From Verrucomicrobiia bacterium (lineage in GTDB: Bacteria; Verrucomicrobiota; Verrucomicrobiia; Limisphaerales; JADLHS01), in NCBI GenBank assembly GCA_026125285.1, contig JAHCLO010000003.1, positions 40,661 through 104,660 on the forward strand: DNA of 64,000 nt, read 5' to 3'. The position numbers and the translations under genes are program-made. The notes under the pieces were generated by a model that had not been told where the DNA came from, searched no databases, and was given only the letters and a program-made list of their open reading frames with translations. This document shows positions 54,686 through 63,738 of this stretch, piece by piece; the stretch's first letter is position 1, and each line of letters begins with the position of its first letter.

Positions 54686-55435
54686 TCACCCGGCAGGGGA
54701 GGTCTTCAGCCGGACGACTTCGGCGTGGAGTTGGCGTGCGAGGTCCTTGCGGTTGCTCGCGTTGCGCACCGCCGGCGCAAACCGGACCCGGACATTGACC
54801 TGCTGCTTGGTCATGAGTCGGAGCAAGTGGCGGAAAAATGTCATGTCATCCCAATAACACACGTCATCCGTCGCTGTTCCGTCTGTGACCGCATACTCGA
54901 CGTATGCCGCCGTCAACTGGCATGTGGAGTCACACACGGGTTCGAGCAGCGAGGACCGGAACGGTAGAATCTGCTGCCCGTTGGAAGTGGTACCTTCAGG
55001 GAATAAAACCACCAACTGCTCCTGGCGTAACACGTCACGAATCTCGTCACCGATGCGCCCCACCTCCGTACGCCGCGCGCGCCGGACAAAGATGGTCCCA
55101 GCCATCCGGGCAAACCAGCCAAACACGGGCCAGTGCTTGATCTCACTCTTGGATACGAACACTGCCGGGGCGATTGCGGCAAAAACCAGAATGTCGAGGT
55201 AACTCAGATGGTTGCTTACCAACAAGCCGGTCCGTGGGCTGGGACCTTCGGTTTCAATCCTAGGGATCAGCAGTCGCAAGACGCTCTGGGAAGCACGATG
55301 CAGCCACAACGCTCGTTCCCCCAACGGCAGCGACCCGCCGTAACGCCACGCGAGCCACGCATAATCCCAACCCGCGCAAGCCAGTTTGGCGACGAGGCAC
55401 AGCAGGCGAAAGACCAGGCGTGTAAATTTCCGCAT
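54686..55435 (-). CDS. plsC: 1-acyl-sn-glycerol-3-phosphate acyltransferase
   Basis: NHLSYLD (HX4D), FPEGTTS motifs; N-terminal TM. Confidence 0.8.
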   Translation of the reverse strand: MRKFTRLVFRLLCLVAKLACAGWDYAWLAWRYGGSLPLGERALWLHRASQSVLRLLIPRIETEGPSPRTGLLVSNHLSYLDILVFAAIAPAVFVSKSEIKHWPVFGWFARMAGTIFVRRARRTEVGRIGDEIRDVLRQEQLVVLFPEGTTSNGQQILPFRSSLLEPVCDSTCQLTAAYVEYAVTDGTATDDVCYWDDMTFFRHLLRLMTKQQVNVRVRFAPAVRNASNRKDLARQLHAEVVRLKTSPAG

Positions 55436-55775
55436 TACAGGCCTCAGTGAAGCTGAGGGATGCCACGCAGGTGGTTATCGCCCGGCAGCGACCGGCGAAT
55501 GCGCGGAGAGCCGGAGTCTCGACTGACAACCTCCCGGGTCTCCAAGCCGGATTTGGCAAGCTGCCAGCGGACGACAGGCGCGACACCTGATCCACTACAG
55601 TCTGCAAGGCTCGACAATTGACCGGTCATACGCTGGTTTCAATGCGGTTCACTCTGCCAGTTGCCCGCCTTTGCTGGCAATTCATTATGCACGGTTGCGC
55701 GGCAGTCGCGCGCCATCGGCAACGCCGGCAAGTTTCAGGTTGCGATATTGCCATTTGCATTCCTATTGTCGGGAT

Positions 55776-56336
55776 ATGAAACGATTTTCCTTTTTCTTGG
55801 CGGTGCTCCTTCTTTGGGGCGGATTCGATGCCTGCGCCCAGGACGCGGCGACGGAGGAACGGTTGAACCGGCTCAATGGTCTGGTGCAGGACCTCCTCGA
55901 AGACAAGGCCATTCAGAAGCGGCAGATTGAAAGTCTAACTCGTGAGGTTCAAACGTTGCGCGAACAACTGGCCCGCCCGGTCGGCAACTTTGCCAGCCAG
56001 GAGGAATTGCGGAAGCTTGCCGAGAAGCTCCAGGAAGTGGACCGGAAGCGCGAAGCCGACAAGGAACTCATTCTCAAAGAATTTGAGAAGCTCGTGAAAC
56101 TGGTGGCCAGCCGCAAACCTGCCCCGCCGGCCACGCCCCCAACCGCACCCGGCGGCGAAGGCAAGTTCTTTGAATACACCGTTGCCCAGGGCGACACGCT
56201 GTCTGCCATCATGCAGGCCTACCGCGACCAGGGCGTCAAGGTGACGTTGAAACAAATCCTGGATGCAAATCCGGGTTTGGTGCCGGAACGAATGCCGGTA
56301 GGACAGAAGATCTTCATCCCGGCGCCGGACAAATGA
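55776..56336 (+). CDS. secreted coiled-coil protein with C-terminal LysM domain
   Basis: Start trimmed to MKRFSFFLAVLLLWGG; YTVAQGDTLSAIMQAY...ILDANPGL...GQKIFIP LysM pattern. Confidence 0.7.
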   Translation: MKRFSFFLAVLLLWGGFDACAQDAATEERLNRLNGLVQDLLEDKAIQKRQIESLTREVQTLREQLARPVGNFASQEELRKLAEKLQEVDRKREADKELILKEFEKLVKLVASRKPAPPATPPTAPGGEGKFFEYTVAQGDTLSAIMQAYRDQGVKVTLKQILDANPGLVPERMPVGQKIFIPAPDK

Positions 56337-56390
56337 GAGAAGCGTCGGGAACTAATTTGTCGAAGATTCCCGGCGGAGGGAGTTTGGGGT

Positions 56391-58232
56391 ATGAAATCAC
56401 AGGTCTATCTGAGATTGGGATTGGTCCTCGCGGGTGTGGCAATGGCCATGTTGCCGTTCACCCGCGCGATGGCCACAACGACTAATCTCGCAACACTCCG
56501 ATCGGGTCATCCGCGATTGATCGTGCTCGCCGACGACCTTGCGCGCATCCGGCAATTCATCGAATCCGACGCCACGGCGCGCCAGTATCATCAACGGGTG
56601 ATCGCCCACGGCGAAGCCATCCTGCGCCAACCACCGGTCGAGCGCATCCTGATCGGGCCACGTTTGCTGGACAAGAGTCGCACCGTTGTGGACCGCCTTT
56701 ATACGCTCGGACTTTTGCATCGGTTGGATGGGCAAGCAAAGTGGCGGGACCGCGCCGTGAGCGAAATGCTGGCCGTGGCCGGGTTCAAGGACTGGAATCC
56801 TTCCCACTTTCTGGACGTGGCGGAAATGACGCACGGCATGGCCATTGGCTACGACTGGTTCTATGACGCACTCACGCCGGAACAACGCGGGACCATCGAA
56901 ACCGCCATGGTGGAGAAGGGCCTGCTCGAAGCAAAGCAGGCGCACGAGCGCAACGTGGGCTGGGCGAGGTCGCCCGACAATTGGAACAACGTTTGCAACG
57001 GCGGCATCACCGTGGGCGCGCTGGCCGTGGCGGACCGCGAACCGGAACTGGCCAACTGGCTCGTGAGCCGGATGCGTGACTCGGTCCCCAAGGCGCTGGC
57101 TTCCTACGCTCCAGACGGCGCGTGGCGGGAGGGGCCGGGTTATTGGGGTTATGCCACCCGCTACACCGTTTATCTTCTGGCGGCGCTGGAGAGCGCCTTG
57201 GGCACTGACTTCAGCCTCGGTGCCTCACCGGGTTTGTCGGACGCCGGCACGCATCGTCTTCACATCACCGGCCCGACCGGCCTATTCTTCAATTTTGCGG
57301 ATTGCGGCGAATCCGCGAATGATGATCCCGTTTTGTTCTGGCTCGCGCGGCGATACAACCAGCCGGTGCTGGCCGCTGCCCAACGGCAATTCGTTGGCGA
57401 ACGCGGCGCCACCCGCGACTTGATGTGGTTTGACCCGCGCGGTTCGCTGAATGACATCCGACGCCTGCCGTTGGACGCGCATTTTAAGAACATCCACGTC
57501 GCCGTCATGCGTTCGGCGTGGCAGGATTCGGAAGCCATTTATGTGGGATTCAAGGGCGGCGACAACCAAGCCGGTCACGCGCATCTCGATCTCGGCACGT
57601 TTGTGCTGGATGCCTTGGGCGAACGCTGGGCAGCCGAACTGGGAGCCGATGACTACAACATGCCCGGTTACTTTGGCAGTCAGCGTTGGACCTATTATCG
57701 CCTGAAAACCGAGGGACAAAACACACTCACCTTGAATGGCGCGAACCAGAATACGCGAGCTACCGCGCCCATTATCAATTTTGCTTCCTCGCCGGCCAAT
57801 GCGCTGGCAGTGGCGGATTTGACCAAAGCCTACGAATCCGCGGGGGCGACTCGCGTCTGGCGGGGCGTGGCATTGTGCGATGGCCGCAGTCGGGTTCTGG
57901 TGCAGGACGAGCTTGAATTGGCCAAACCGGCGGACGTGGTCTGGACGATGCATACCCAGGCGGAAGTCACAACCGAGGGCGCCCGCGCCACGTTGCGAAA
58001 GGGCGGCAAAATCCTGGAGGTGCGAATTCTCTCGCCGGTGGACGCTCAGTTCAGTTTTGAGGAAGTCGAATTGGCGCGTCCACAACGTCCGGCGCGCGGG
58101 ATGGGCAAATTGCTGGTGCGCCTGTCTGAACAACAAGGCGCGGTTCGTATCGCTGTCGTGCTGCAACCGGGTTCGACTCCTGGCGCGGTGACGTTGTCAC
58201 CGCTGGCGGAGTGGAAAGGGTCAACTCCGTAG
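56391..58232 (+). CDS. heparinase II/III family polysaccharide lyase-like protein
   Basis: 613 aa; signal peptide; alpha/alpha toroid N-half (HFLDVAEMTHGMAIGYDWFYD) and GHAHLDLGTFVLDALGERWAAELG typical of the heparinase II/III C-terminal domain. Confidence 0.75.
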   Translation: MKSQVYLRLGLVLAGVAMAMLPFTRAMATTTNLATLRSGHPRLIVLADDLARIRQFIESDATARQYHQRVIAHGEAILRQPPVERILIGPRLLDKSRTVVDRLYTLGLLHRLDGQAKWRDRAVSEMLAVAGFKDWNPSHFLDVAEMTHGMAIGYDWFYDALTPEQRGTIETAMVEKGLLEAKQAHERNVGWARSPDNWNNVCNGGITVGALAVADREPELANWLVSRMRDSVPKALASYAPDGAWREGPGYWGYATRYTVYLLAALESALGTDFSLGASPGLSDAGTHRLHITGPTGLFFNFADCGESANDDPVLFWLARRYNQPVLAAAQRQFVGERGATRDLMWFDPRGSLNDIRRLPLDAHFKNIHVAVMRSAWQDSEAIYVGFKGGDNQAGHAHLDLGTFVLDALGERWAAELGADDYNMPGYFGSQRWTYYRLKTEGQNTLTLNGANQNTRATAPIINFASSPANALAVADLTKAYESAGATRVWRGVALCDGRSRVLVQDELELAKPADVVWTMHTQAEVTTEGARATLRKGGKILEVRILSPVDAQFSFEEVELARPQRPARGMGKLLVRLSEQQGAVRIAVVLQPGSTPGAVTLSPLAEWKGSTP

Positions 58233-59012
58233 CATAAGCAGAATCACCAACCCAAGTCCGATTCGATACCACCCGAACGCCTCGAACGTGTGGGTTTGCA
58301 CATAGCGCAGCAGCCATTTGACGGCGATGAAGGATACAACAGCGGCAACGACCGATCCCAGCAGCAGGAGTCCCCAGTCTTCACCAGGGCCCTCGCTCGG
58401 CTGGCGCAGTTCTTTGAAGATCTTCCATCCTCCCGCTGCCAGCATGGTGGGGATGCCGACGAGGAAGGAGAACTCCGTGGCGGCAGGCCGGCTCAAGCCG
58501 AGCATCAACGCCAGCAAAATGGTCGAACCCGAACGCGAAGTGCCCGGAAAGATTGCGGCCAGTAATTGGGCCAGTCCGACGGCGATCACCACGTGCCAGC
58601 CAATGTCGTCGCGCAAGGGCTTGCCACGCAGCCAGCGTTCCACGCCAACGAATAACAGGCCGCCCACCAACAACGCCACGGCCACGGGCAGCGGATCTTC
58701 GGGCAGCTTGAACTTCATTTTATCGAGGATCAAGCCGCCTACGCCAGTCAGGGCAAACGCTACCAGGATTTTCAGCAGGTAGCTGCGCGTATCCGCCTCC
58801 CGCCACTTGAAAACGAACTGCTTTAGGCGCTCGGGAAAGAGGGGCAATACGGCCAGAACGGCACCGCATTGGATGACGATGTTGAACAGGTCGCTCTGTT
58901 TCAGGCCGAGTCCCTGCTGGGCCAGCAGCAGATGACCGGTAGAGGACACGGGAATGAACTCGGTGATTCCTTCGATGATCCCCAGTAGAATGACGGCAAT
59001 CCAGTCAGGCAT
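58221..59012 (-). CDS. uppP: undecaprenyl-diphosphate phosphatase
   Basis: ILLGIIEGITEFIPVSSTGHLLL, ...PGTSRSGSTI... Confidence 0.9.
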   Translation of the reverse strand: MPDWIAVILLGIIEGITEFIPVSSTGHLLLAQQGLGLKQSDLFNIVIQCGAVLAVLPLFPERLKQFVFKWREADTRSYLLKILVAFALTGVGGLILDKMKFKLPEDPLPVAVALLVGGLLFVGVERWLRGKPLRDDIGWHVVIAVGLAQLLAAIFPGTSRSGSTILLALMLGLSRPAATEFSFLVGIPTMLAAGGWKIFKELRQPSEGPGEDWGLLLLGSVVAAVVSFIAVKWLLRYVQTHTFEAFGWYRIGLGLVILLMLRS

Positions 59013-59102
59013 GAATGAGTCAGGTGCAAGAACGCCGATGATGACCTGCAGGGCAAGTCGTTGGGTTGCTTCCGGGCATCAAATGGTGGCGCAAGGTCAG
59101 GG

Positions 59103-59510
59103 CTACTTGTTCTTCTTTCCGAAAAACGATTCGAGCGGCGATTTGGAGACTTCTTCGTGCTGCCGGACCTTGAGCTGGCCGAGGATGGAGTGCCAGCCGA
59201 TGTAGATTTTGTGCCACTGGTTCTCAACGTTGCGCAGCGCACCTTCGCTCATTTCACTGAGGTAACGGAGCGAGGGCGAGTTGCCGATCAGCGCGTGGAC
59301 CTCCTCCTTGGTGGGGGAGGCGATTTCGATAGCGGCCAGGATGAGTTCAAGTTCCTGGACCAGGATGCTCTTGATTTCCAGAAACTGGTTCTCGTCCTCG
59401 GGACCAAATTTCTTGGCGCGCGCCTGATTGACGAAGTTGTTGAATTGTTTCCAGCACTCGAGGTAATTCTCCATCTGCTGGATGAGTGGGTCCAATTTCT
59501 TGTTGCTCAT
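59103..59510 (-). CDS. hypothetical helical protein
   Basis: Start trimmed to MSNKKLDPLIQQMENYLECWKQF (ATG rc of 59508-59510); 135 aa; no family recognised; last gene of the REC-PATAN operon before uppP. Confidence 0.5.
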   Translation of the reverse strand: MSNKKLDPLIQQMENYLECWKQFNNFVNQARAKKFGPEDENQFLEIKSILVQELELILAAIEIASPTKEEVHALIGNSPSLRYLSEMSEGALRNVENQWHKIYIGWHSILGQLKVRQHEEVSKSPLESFFGKKNK

Positions 59511-59523
59511 AAGTACGGAAGAG

Positions 59524-59832
59524 TCACGGTTGTTTGACGGGACCGCTAAGGGTCTGCAATGCCAGATAGACGATGGCACCTCCGCGCAACTCGCGCGCGG
59601 TGATCTTAAGGGCCGGATAACACACGATCAATTCCGCCAAGGGGACCTGGGCGGTTTGCGCCTCGCGAAATGTGCTTAGGATATTGCGGCCAATCTCCGC
59701 CACCAATTCGGCGGGGAACGTAGAGGGCAGCGTGGTTACCACCAACCGCCCGCTGCGGTCCAGCGTGAAGCTGCCCGAGGTCAGGCGCAACAACTCCGGC
59801 GCGGGCTTCGAGAAGAGATTCAGGAACCCCAT
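59524..59832 (-). CDS. small protein with roadblock/LC7-like sequence pattern (tentative)
   Basis: Start trimmed to MGFLNLFSK (ATG rc of 59830-59832), overlapping the regulator stop by 13 nt; ...GSFTLDRSGRLVVTTLPSTFPAELVAEIGRNILSTF...LIVCYPALKITARELRGGAIVYLAL. Confidence 0.45.
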   Translation of the reverse strand: MGFLNLFSKPAPELLRLTSGSFTLDRSGRLVVTTLPSTFPAELVAEIGRNILSTFREAQTAQVPLAELIVCYPALKITARELRGGAIVYLALQTLSGPVKQP

Positions 59833-60896
59833 AACGCGAGAATCTTTCTCATACGCTCTTGCAGCGTCTCCGCCGAAAGCGACTGCACCCAACCGACGCA
59901 TAATTGAGCGTCACCTTGTTCAGCGAGCGCCACGTGTCGCTGCCACCCCAGGCCGTGGATCTGATTGACGGGACCGGCCTGCAACTGATCGCCGAGGGTG
60001 CGAAACCGGTTCAGGGTCGCATGCGACCAGGCCGCGAGCCGCTGGGGATTTTCCAAGCCGCGCGCTTCAAACTTGGTGGGCTCGGCGGTCTTGACTGCAA
60101 GGACAAATTCAACGCCGCTTTCCTGGATCAATGCGCCCAAACCGGTGACGGGAGCATCCGGGGTCGCGCCTTCGGTGGGGGGCGATGCAGTGGCGCTGTG
60201 CCGGGATTCGTCTATGGCTTGGGCGGTTTCCAGCAACAACGCATTGTAAGATTTGAAAATAGTCTGTGGACGGCTCGGCTCTGCCGGCAGAGATTCGAAA
60301 TTACCGGCTTTCCAAGCCAGAATCTTTTGGAACGCTTCCTCCCCGCGCGCGCCGTCGGTCTCGGCGTCAATCACCTCGCCCTCGTTGATCCATATTCGAC
60401 CGGAGAGAGGGCCGTTGGTAATGCGCAGCACGGAGGAGCTTTGCGAGATGCATTCCAGTTGAACGATGTCCACCAGGCTCTTGCTTTGGACGCCGCGGAA
60501 TCCCGCCTCCAGTTCGCGTCCCAACAACGATTCGAGACATTCAAGGAACAGTTTGGTTTCCTCCTCCGATCCGGGCTTCTGCCAGAACAAATCCACGCCC
60601 AGCGCATAGACGCGCGAACGGAATTGCTCCTCCGCCACCGAAGTGAGCACCACGGTGCGCAGTTCGGGATGTTTGCGGCGGACGATGGACAACACCTGCA
60701 AGCCGTCCATTTTCGGCATCTTCAGGTCCGTGATCAGCAAGCTGAAGGGTTCACTCTCCAGCATGGCGATCGCCCGCGCCCCCGACGAGGCGGTGCGAAT
60801 CTCCGGCCGGCTCGGAAGCTGGCCGAGTATCTCACGGTAAACATCCAGCAAGTCCGGATCATCATCCAGCAGCAGGATTTTGTGGCGTGTGTCCAT
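59820..60896 (-). CDS. response regulator: REC + PATAN (DUF4388) + C-terminal roadblock-like region
   Basis: KILLLDDDPDLL...LLITDLKMPKMDG...VVLTS (REC); FRGVQSKSLVDIVQLECISQSSSVLRITNGPLSGRIWINEGEVIDAETDGARGEEAFQKILAWKAGNFES (DUF4388/PATAN pattern); tail GVEFVLAVKTAEP... Confidence 0.8.
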   Translation of the reverse strand: MDTRHKILLLDDDPDLLDVYREILGQLPSRPEIRTASSGARAIAMLESEPFSLLITDLKMPKMDGLQVLSIVRRKHPELRTVVLTSVAEEQFRSRVYALGVDLFWQKPGSEEETKLFLECLESLLGRELEAGFRGVQSKSLVDIVQLECISQSSSVLRITNGPLSGRIWINEGEVIDAETDGARGEEAFQKILAWKAGNFESLPAEPSRPQTIFKSYNALLLETAQAIDESRHSATASPPTEGATPDAPVTGLGALIQESGVEFVLAVKTAEPTKFEARGLENPQRLAAWSHATLNRFRTLGDQLQAGPVNQIHGLGWQRHVALAEQGDAQLCVGWVQSLSAETLQERMRKILALWGS

Positions 60897-61393
60897 TTCT
60901 GATGCCTCAACGGCTAATCCGCGTGTCCAGTAAACTCAAGCTCGAAAGCGAAGGGCTTTCAGCACGCTTAAAGCAAATGGTATTCCCACGGACGACTCGC
61001 TAGAGTTTTTCCGGCTCAGTTCCGCGTGCTTGCCGGATCAGACAGCCCATGCTGATCAACTTCATTCTTCCGCAAAAGCGCGCACACGTCGAGCAGCAAT
61101 ATGGACAACCAGTCCACCGATGGGACAACCCATTCAAGTCCCACCAACGCGCGAAAAATTCGGACCTCCCGTCTGCCCGGCCCCGTGGCGTCCACGGTAA
61201 CCGTCATTCCCCTCAGTGGCACGGTATCTGCGAGAACCGCGCTCGAAGTTCAAAGTAGATAAAGGCCAATCAATGAATCAAGTTCCGACCATCGCGCCGC
61301 GCGAGTGCTCCCATGGGAAAGCGCTCCCCCCGCGCATTGGTCGCCGTACCGCCCGCCTCAATTCCTGGGCAGGCCCAGAATGATGTACCGACC

Positions 61394-63115
61394 ATGAGTG
61401 CTACCACCGACGGAGGCAAATCCAAGTTTTTCGGCTTCTTGAGAGGAATCTTCCGCAAGTCGGAGGCGGACGAACTGCCCACTGAACCATGCGCCAGTGG
61501 CATGCCGCCCGCGATGCCCGCGCCCTCTCACTCGACCGCCGTTCGTGCAACGGGTTCAACCAACGGCAACGGCCCACGTGCCAGCAATGGGCACGGGTCC
61601 GGCGCGAATGTCTCGCGGCGCAATGTGGCTACGATACCAGTGTCGCTTTCAGCTGTCCTTGCCGGTCTGCCCTTGGAATTGCGCGCCAAGGTCAAAGAAA
61701 CCGAGGTGGGGGATCTCACCCTCCCGGTGCCGCTCGACAAGATTCTTTCCCAACTCTCACAAGGCAGCGTCAAGATTCCCTACCTCGAGGTCCGCATGGC
61801 CGTCCCCCATGTGTTTGACGGCAGCACCGATGGCGACCGCATTCCCGTGGCCTTACCGCTCGGTGAGATTCTGTCCCAAATCAATCCCGCTTTGCTGGTG
61901 CGTCGTACCGCGCAGAAGCAAGTTGAGGTACCGGCGGATATTGTCAGTCCGTTTGACGCGAAGGGAGAGGGATTAGTATTCTCGGTGGGGAACGCAAAGC
62001 CGGTGACACCCGCTGCACCGCGCCAAGCTGCGCCCGCGCCGGCAACCCCGGCGCGTGGCTCAATTTCTTCCGTGCCCACGCCGACGCCTCCCACCGCGTC
62101 CGCCCCGATCCAGATGCCCAGAATCAATCGGCCCGCGCTCACACCGACCGCTCCGGCGTCACCCGTGGTTCCAGCCACGCCAATCCGCCTGCCCGTTCCA
62201 CCGGCCGCCGCGACGCCGGCTCCCCGACCTTCGCCGCCGCCAGCCAATGCCGATTCCTTGACGGTCCCGCTCAAAAGCCTGGCCGAGAGTTGGCCGGATT
62301 CTCTGCGACAGGAAATTGTGCAATCAAATTTGGTGGATGCGCAACTGGCCGTTCCGTGTGACTTGATTGAGAATGCGCTCAAACGTGGCCGCGCGGCTTT
62401 TACCTGGAAAATCCTGCGTTCCTGGATCACTCCCGCTCTGGTGAGTTCCGCCTCCGTGCAGGACGAGACTGAATTGGAATTACCCCTGAGAGTCATCGCT
62501 CCCCTGTTCCTGGCGCGGCAAAAATCCTGGGCCAAACCGCATCAGAAGGTCACACTCGACGACGGCATCCCGAATCTGTTCTTTGGCTTTCCCAAGCCGG
62601 AAGCGCCGCTGCCGGCCATCACTTCTACACCGGGTGCCGCGGTCGGACCAGTCAACAAACCGGTGGATACGAACTACTACGTTTGGGACGACCACGCGGA
62701 ACTGACCCGGTGCGACGACACGGAGTACAAACGCAAGGTGCCTTCGGGCACTGATTTCGTAGCCCGTTATGCTACGCCGAACGAGATAGTGTCCCGGGCG
62801 GCGGCGCTGGACGGCGTGGCAGGCGCATTGATCGCGCTGCCCGACGGCCTGATGGTGGCCAACCGCATTCCGCCGGAGTTGAACGGGGACACCCTGGCGG
62901 CGTTCCTACCTCAGATTTTTGCCAAGGTGAGCCAATGCACCAAGGAACTGCGCATGGGAGAACTGAACAACCTGAATTTCACCGTTGGCAACGTGCCCTG
63001 GAAAATCTTCCGCGTGAACGCCATTTTCTTTGCTGCCTTCGGGCGTGCCGCCGAGGCGCTGCCCACGGCGCAGTTGGCGGCGCTCGCGTCCGAACTCGAT
63101 CGAAAGAACAAATAA
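61394..63115 (+). CDS. proline-rich multidomain protein with two internal ~90-aa repeats and C-terminal roadblock/LC7-like domain
   Basis: ORF opens at 61313, ATG 61394 (MSATTDGGKSKFFGFL) preferred; C-terminus AALDGVAGALIALPDGLMVANRIPPELNGDTLAAFLPQIFAKV...NFTVGNVPWKIFRVNAIFFAAFG; 7 nt upstream of mglA. Confidence 0.7.
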   Translation: MSATTDGGKSKFFGFLRGIFRKSEADELPTEPCASGMPPAMPAPSHSTAVRATGSTNGNGPRASNGHGSGANVSRRNVATIPVSLSAVLAGLPLELRAKVKETEVGDLTLPVPLDKILSQLSQGSVKIPYLEVRMAVPHVFDGSTDGDRIPVALPLGEILSQINPALLVRRTAQKQVEVPADIVSPFDAKGEGLVFSVGNAKPVTPAAPRQAAPAPATPARGSISSVPTPTPPTASAPIQMPRINRPALTPTAPASPVVPATPIRLPVPPAAATPAPRPSPPPANADSLTVPLKSLAESWPDSLRQEIVQSNLVDAQLAVPCDLIENALKRGRAAFTWKILRSWITPALVSSASVQDETELELPLRVIAPLFLARQKSWAKPHQKVTLDDGIPNLFFGFPKPEAPLPAITSTPGAAVGPVNKPVDTNYYVWDDHAELTRCDDTEYKRKVPSGTDFVARYATPNEIVSRAAALDGVAGALIALPDGLMVANRIPPELNGDTLAAFLPQIFAKVSQCTKELRMGELNNLNFTVGNVPWKIFRVNAIFFAAFGRAAEALPTAQLAALASELDRKNK

Positions 63116-63122
63116 GGATTCT

Positions 63123-63737
63123 ATGGCCATCATCAACCAAGCCACCAAGGAACTGCAGGTCAAAATCGTCTATTACGGCCCGGCCATGGGCGGTAAGACC
63201 ACGAACCTGGTGCAAGTTCATGACCACGTGCAAACCGCCGCCGGCAACAAGGGCAAGCTGGTCTCCCTGGCCACCAGTTCGGATCGTACCTTGTTTTTCG
63301 ATTTCCTGCCCATCGAGGCCATGTCCATCAAGGGCTTCAAAACCAAGTTCCAACTCTACACCGTGCCCGGGCAGGTGATCTACAATACCACGCGCCAACT
63401 CGTGCTCCGCGGGGTGGATGGCATCGTGTTCGTGGCGGATTCGCAATACGAGAAGATGCAGGAAAACGTCGAAAGCTTCCAGAACCTCATGGACAACCTC
63501 AAGAGTCTGAAGCTCAATCTCGAAGAAATTCCGTACGTGTTGCAGTACAACAAGCGCGACCTCCCCAACGTGGCCCCGGTGGAGTATCTCGAATTCCTCC
63601 TGAACAACCGGGAAATCCAGGTGCCCTCCTTCAGTTCGGTGGCGCACAAGTGCGAGGGCGTGTTTGAATCCCTGAACATGATCACTCGCCTGCTACTCAA
63701 CAAATTCATCAATCAAAGCGTGCCGCAGTACGCATGA
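63123..63737 (+). CDS. mglA: MglA-type Ras-like small GTPase
   Basis: MAIINQATKELQVKIVYYGPAMGGKTTNL...DRTLFFDFLP...FQLYTVPGQVIYNTTRQLVLRGVDGIVFVADSQ...IPYVLQYNKRDLPN, collinear with Myxococcus MglA as I recall it. Confidence 0.9.
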   Translation: MAIINQATKELQVKIVYYGPAMGGKTTNLVQVHDHVQTAAGNKGKLVSLATSSDRTLFFDFLPIEAMSIKGFKTKFQLYTVPGQVIYNTTRQLVLRGVDGIVFVADSQYEKMQENVESFQNLMDNLKSLKLNLEEIPYVLQYNKRDLPNVAPVEYLEFLLNNREIQVPSFSSVAHKCEGVFESLNMITRLLLNKFINQSVPQYA

Positions 63738-63738
63738 C

